This document shows positions 61,793 to 64,000 of a stretch of 64,000 bases of DNA, one piece after another. The translations under genes and the position numbers were made by a program. Source of the DNA: Nematocida ausubeli (taxonomy: Eukaryota); contig NW_026515635.1 in assembly GCF_000738915.1 (NCBI RefSeq), positions 310,001 to 374,000 on the forward strand. Direction: 5' to 3'. Every line of letters begins with the position of its first letter. Position 1 is the first letter of the stretch. Under the pieces are notes generated by a model that saw nothing but the letters and a program-made list of their open reading frames with translations, made no database searches and was not told where the DNA came from.

Positions 61793-62152
61793 AAAGAAGC
61801 ATTAAATACAGATAAAATCAGTATTGAATAAGATAGAAGTAATAAGAGATAAATAATCTGCACAATCACCTAAGAAGGACAGAGAATTCTTTTTGGAAGA
61901 AATATTAGGGATATAGAAGGATTTTAGCCTTATTAGAGCATAAGATATTCTCTGGCTAGTAGTATAGTAGTGCGCATAGAATAAATAGCCTGATTTAATA
62001 TAACCAAACACTGTTTCCAAAAGATTCACGCATCCATTCTACTGGAATGCCTGCTAAAGTATTTCTGACTTGAATATATTCTTGTGCATACTGATGTAGA
62101 CTAAGGCGTATTTATATAAGCATCACTGCACGAATAATATTTTTTACGGAGA

Positions 62153-63079
62153 ATGAATATTCCATGGATTGAAAAATATCGGCCGTCTACACTGGATGAA
62201 ATAGTAGGAAACCAAGCAGTAATTGAAGTGTTCAAAATACTTGCAGAAGAAGAAAGTATGCCGCATTTAATTATCACGGGATCACCAGGAATAGGAAAAA
62301 CAACAGTAGCGCATGCCTTTCTAAACCGAGTGTTTGAGGACAAGCCAGGTCTCCGGAAAGAGTGCGTCCTTGAGATGAATGCGTCCGATGAAAGAGGAGT
62401 GGATGTGGTGCGTGTGAAAATAAAAGGGTTTCTGCAAAAGAAGCTCACATACAACAGGTTTCTGGCGCTGGATGAGTCTGACTCAATGACCATGCAGGCG
62501 CAGCAGTCAATGAGAAGGCTACTGGAGAGGCACGAATCTGCAAAGTTCATTTTCATATGCAATGACATATCAAAGATATCAGATACAATACAAAGCAGAT
62601 GCGCAATATTGCGGCTGTCACCGCTTTCATACGAGGAGATCAGCCAGATACTCAGAAAGACCATAGAAAAGGAAGGAATGACAGTCTGCGACAAGTCAAT
62701 AGCCACAATAGCTGAAACATCAGACGGCGATGCACGGCAGGCACTAAATCTACTGCAGACACTTGCTGCGATCTCAAAGAATGTGGACCTGGGGATGGTG
62801 CAGAGAATGAGCCATATTCCGCCAATAGACACAATTAGCAGAATATTTTCAAAAGAGAGCACTGAAAAGGAAGCATTCACTCTTTTAGACGGACTTTTTG
62901 AAGATGGATATTCATCAGAAGACATTTCCAAAATGATATTCAGACTGGGAAAGGACAGAGGAGAAATAGCCCTTCTAGAGAAGGCTTCTTCTTTGCTAAT
63001 GAAACTCGCAGATTCTTCCTCAAAAGTGCATTTCTACTCTGCACTAGCAGAATACAAAACTGCCTTGTTGCAAGTATAA
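62153..63079 (+). CDS. RFC4: Replication factor C small subunit (yeast Rfc4/human RFC2 type)
   Basis: PWIEKYRP, GSPGIGKTT, EMNASDERGVDVVR, LDESDSMT..AQQSMRR, IQSRC. Confidence 0.92.
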   Translation: MNIPWIEKYRPSTLDEIVGNQAVIEVFKILAEEESMPHLIITGSPGIGKTTVAHAFLNRVFEDKPGLRKECVLEMNASDERGVDVVRVKIKGFLQKKLTYNRFLALDESDSMTMQAQQSMRRLLERHESAKFIFICNDISKISDTIQSRCAILRLSPLSYEEISQILRKTIEKEGMTVCDKSIATIAETSDGDARQALNLLQTLAAISKNVDLGMVQRMSHIPPIDTISRIFSKESTEKEAFTLLDGLFEDGYSSEDISKMIFRLGKDRGEIALLEKASSLLMKLADSSSKVHFYSALAEYKTALLQV

Positions 63080-63928
63080 GAGAAACACCTGTAATGAAGA
63101 TGCCTTGTGCACAAGATCTGAATCATTTTATTCCACTGCGTATAAAATCCATACTCCTTGAAGGCACAGCTTATAGCATGGCATAACTTGAATAACCCGA
63201 TATAAGTTCACACTGCCTTTATATAAAGCAGCACTCTAGTGACTACATGAAGACAAATAAGAAAGAATATTTATTATAGCAAAAATAACTCAAACCATTC
63301 ACTTAGCTGTGCAGGACTTGCTGTTCATTGAATTTATGCTGTCATTTAGAGCACTAGTAGATTAAATGAATATACCTCAAATTTCATAGTAAGAGATATC
63401 TGTAGCTATGACAAAACAATATGCAGTTTACATATAGATGGTCCTTTAGCACAGTGTATTTCATTATGAATTCATTCTGCCACTTATATGGGAGTTATGA
63501 TAAAATAAACCAGAATCTAATATTGAATACTTTGATTTTATGTTTGACAGATGAATGCCATAATGTGTTTACATAAATCCATCTGCAATTAAGACATGCT
63601 CAAAGAGAAAGAGTAATTCTTCGATATCTCAAATTATTTCCATTAATTTTTACTGCATGCTTCTATGAACAGTCTCTGTACAGAACGTGGTCAAGCTGCA
63701 TTTTAGTGAATATTTTTTCTTCTATAAGTGCATAGTAGTGCACTAATTTCTTCTAATATTTAAATGTGCTTTTATTTCAGTGGCATAATTTTGCAGCCCA
63801 CTTGCATATCTGCCAATTACAAAGGCAAAGACGCACTTTCAACGCAGCTTGCAAGGTGCACGTCTTTAATATCATTTTGCATTTTATACTAGAAGCATAT
63901 ATAAATTTTATTTAATACCCCATGTAAA

Positions 63929-64000
63929 ATGGCATTCGATGAAACTGAGGCAAGTGGAATGGTAACTGATATGATTCAGACCCAAGAAATAAGAGTTAAG
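63929..64000 (+). CDS. Start of a gene running off the window (MAFDETEASGMVTDMIQTQEIRVK...)
   Basis: Frame open to the window end, preceded by an AT tract and CCCC. Confidence 0.5.
   Translation, partial: MAFDETEASGMVTDMIQTQEIRVK

Overview
Gene-dense, AT-rich eukaryotic DNA from a microsporidian, most likely Nematocida-like. This is inferred from compact divergent housekeeping genes, 11-54 bp head-to-head spacers, CCC-type motifs just upstream of ATGs, a GH19 chitinase and a secreted protein resembling the Nematocida large gene family 1. About 41 protein genes are supported, including an IQGAP C-terminus, Dsk2, dynamin, 6PGD, CK1, PMT, PIG-A, GDPD, Scd6, eIF4A, PP2A-A, Cia1, Rrp45, Rab, Neo1, an Slh1/Brr2-type helicase, rpS3, Rrp40, Pbp1, Rio2, Ire1, Gle1, rpS28, Enp1, Utp11, a MYST HAT, Nse2 and Rfc4. 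No tRNA, rRNA, CRISPR or transposon was recognised. Two top observations: (1) a two-RRM gene that the ORF track truncates contains a 74-nt spliceosomal-type intron (25448-25521, minus strand) with a second internal GTAAGT donor defining a nested 23-nt mini-intron; only the long splice restores RRM1; (2) an unannotated ~610-nt GC/CpG-rich, extensively base-paired element (40012-40623) looks like a large ncRNA with a CUAACCCU telomere-template-like octamer and a CR4/5-like three-way junction, a tentative telomerase RNA candidate. Other leads: a TPX2-like Aurora-binding motif in an orphan protein, an Ire1 with a degenerate kinase but intact RNase motif, a Rab lacking a canonical prenylation tail, and a secreted CQDPN-repeat protein. 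All calls come from reading motifs by eye; no searches were run.
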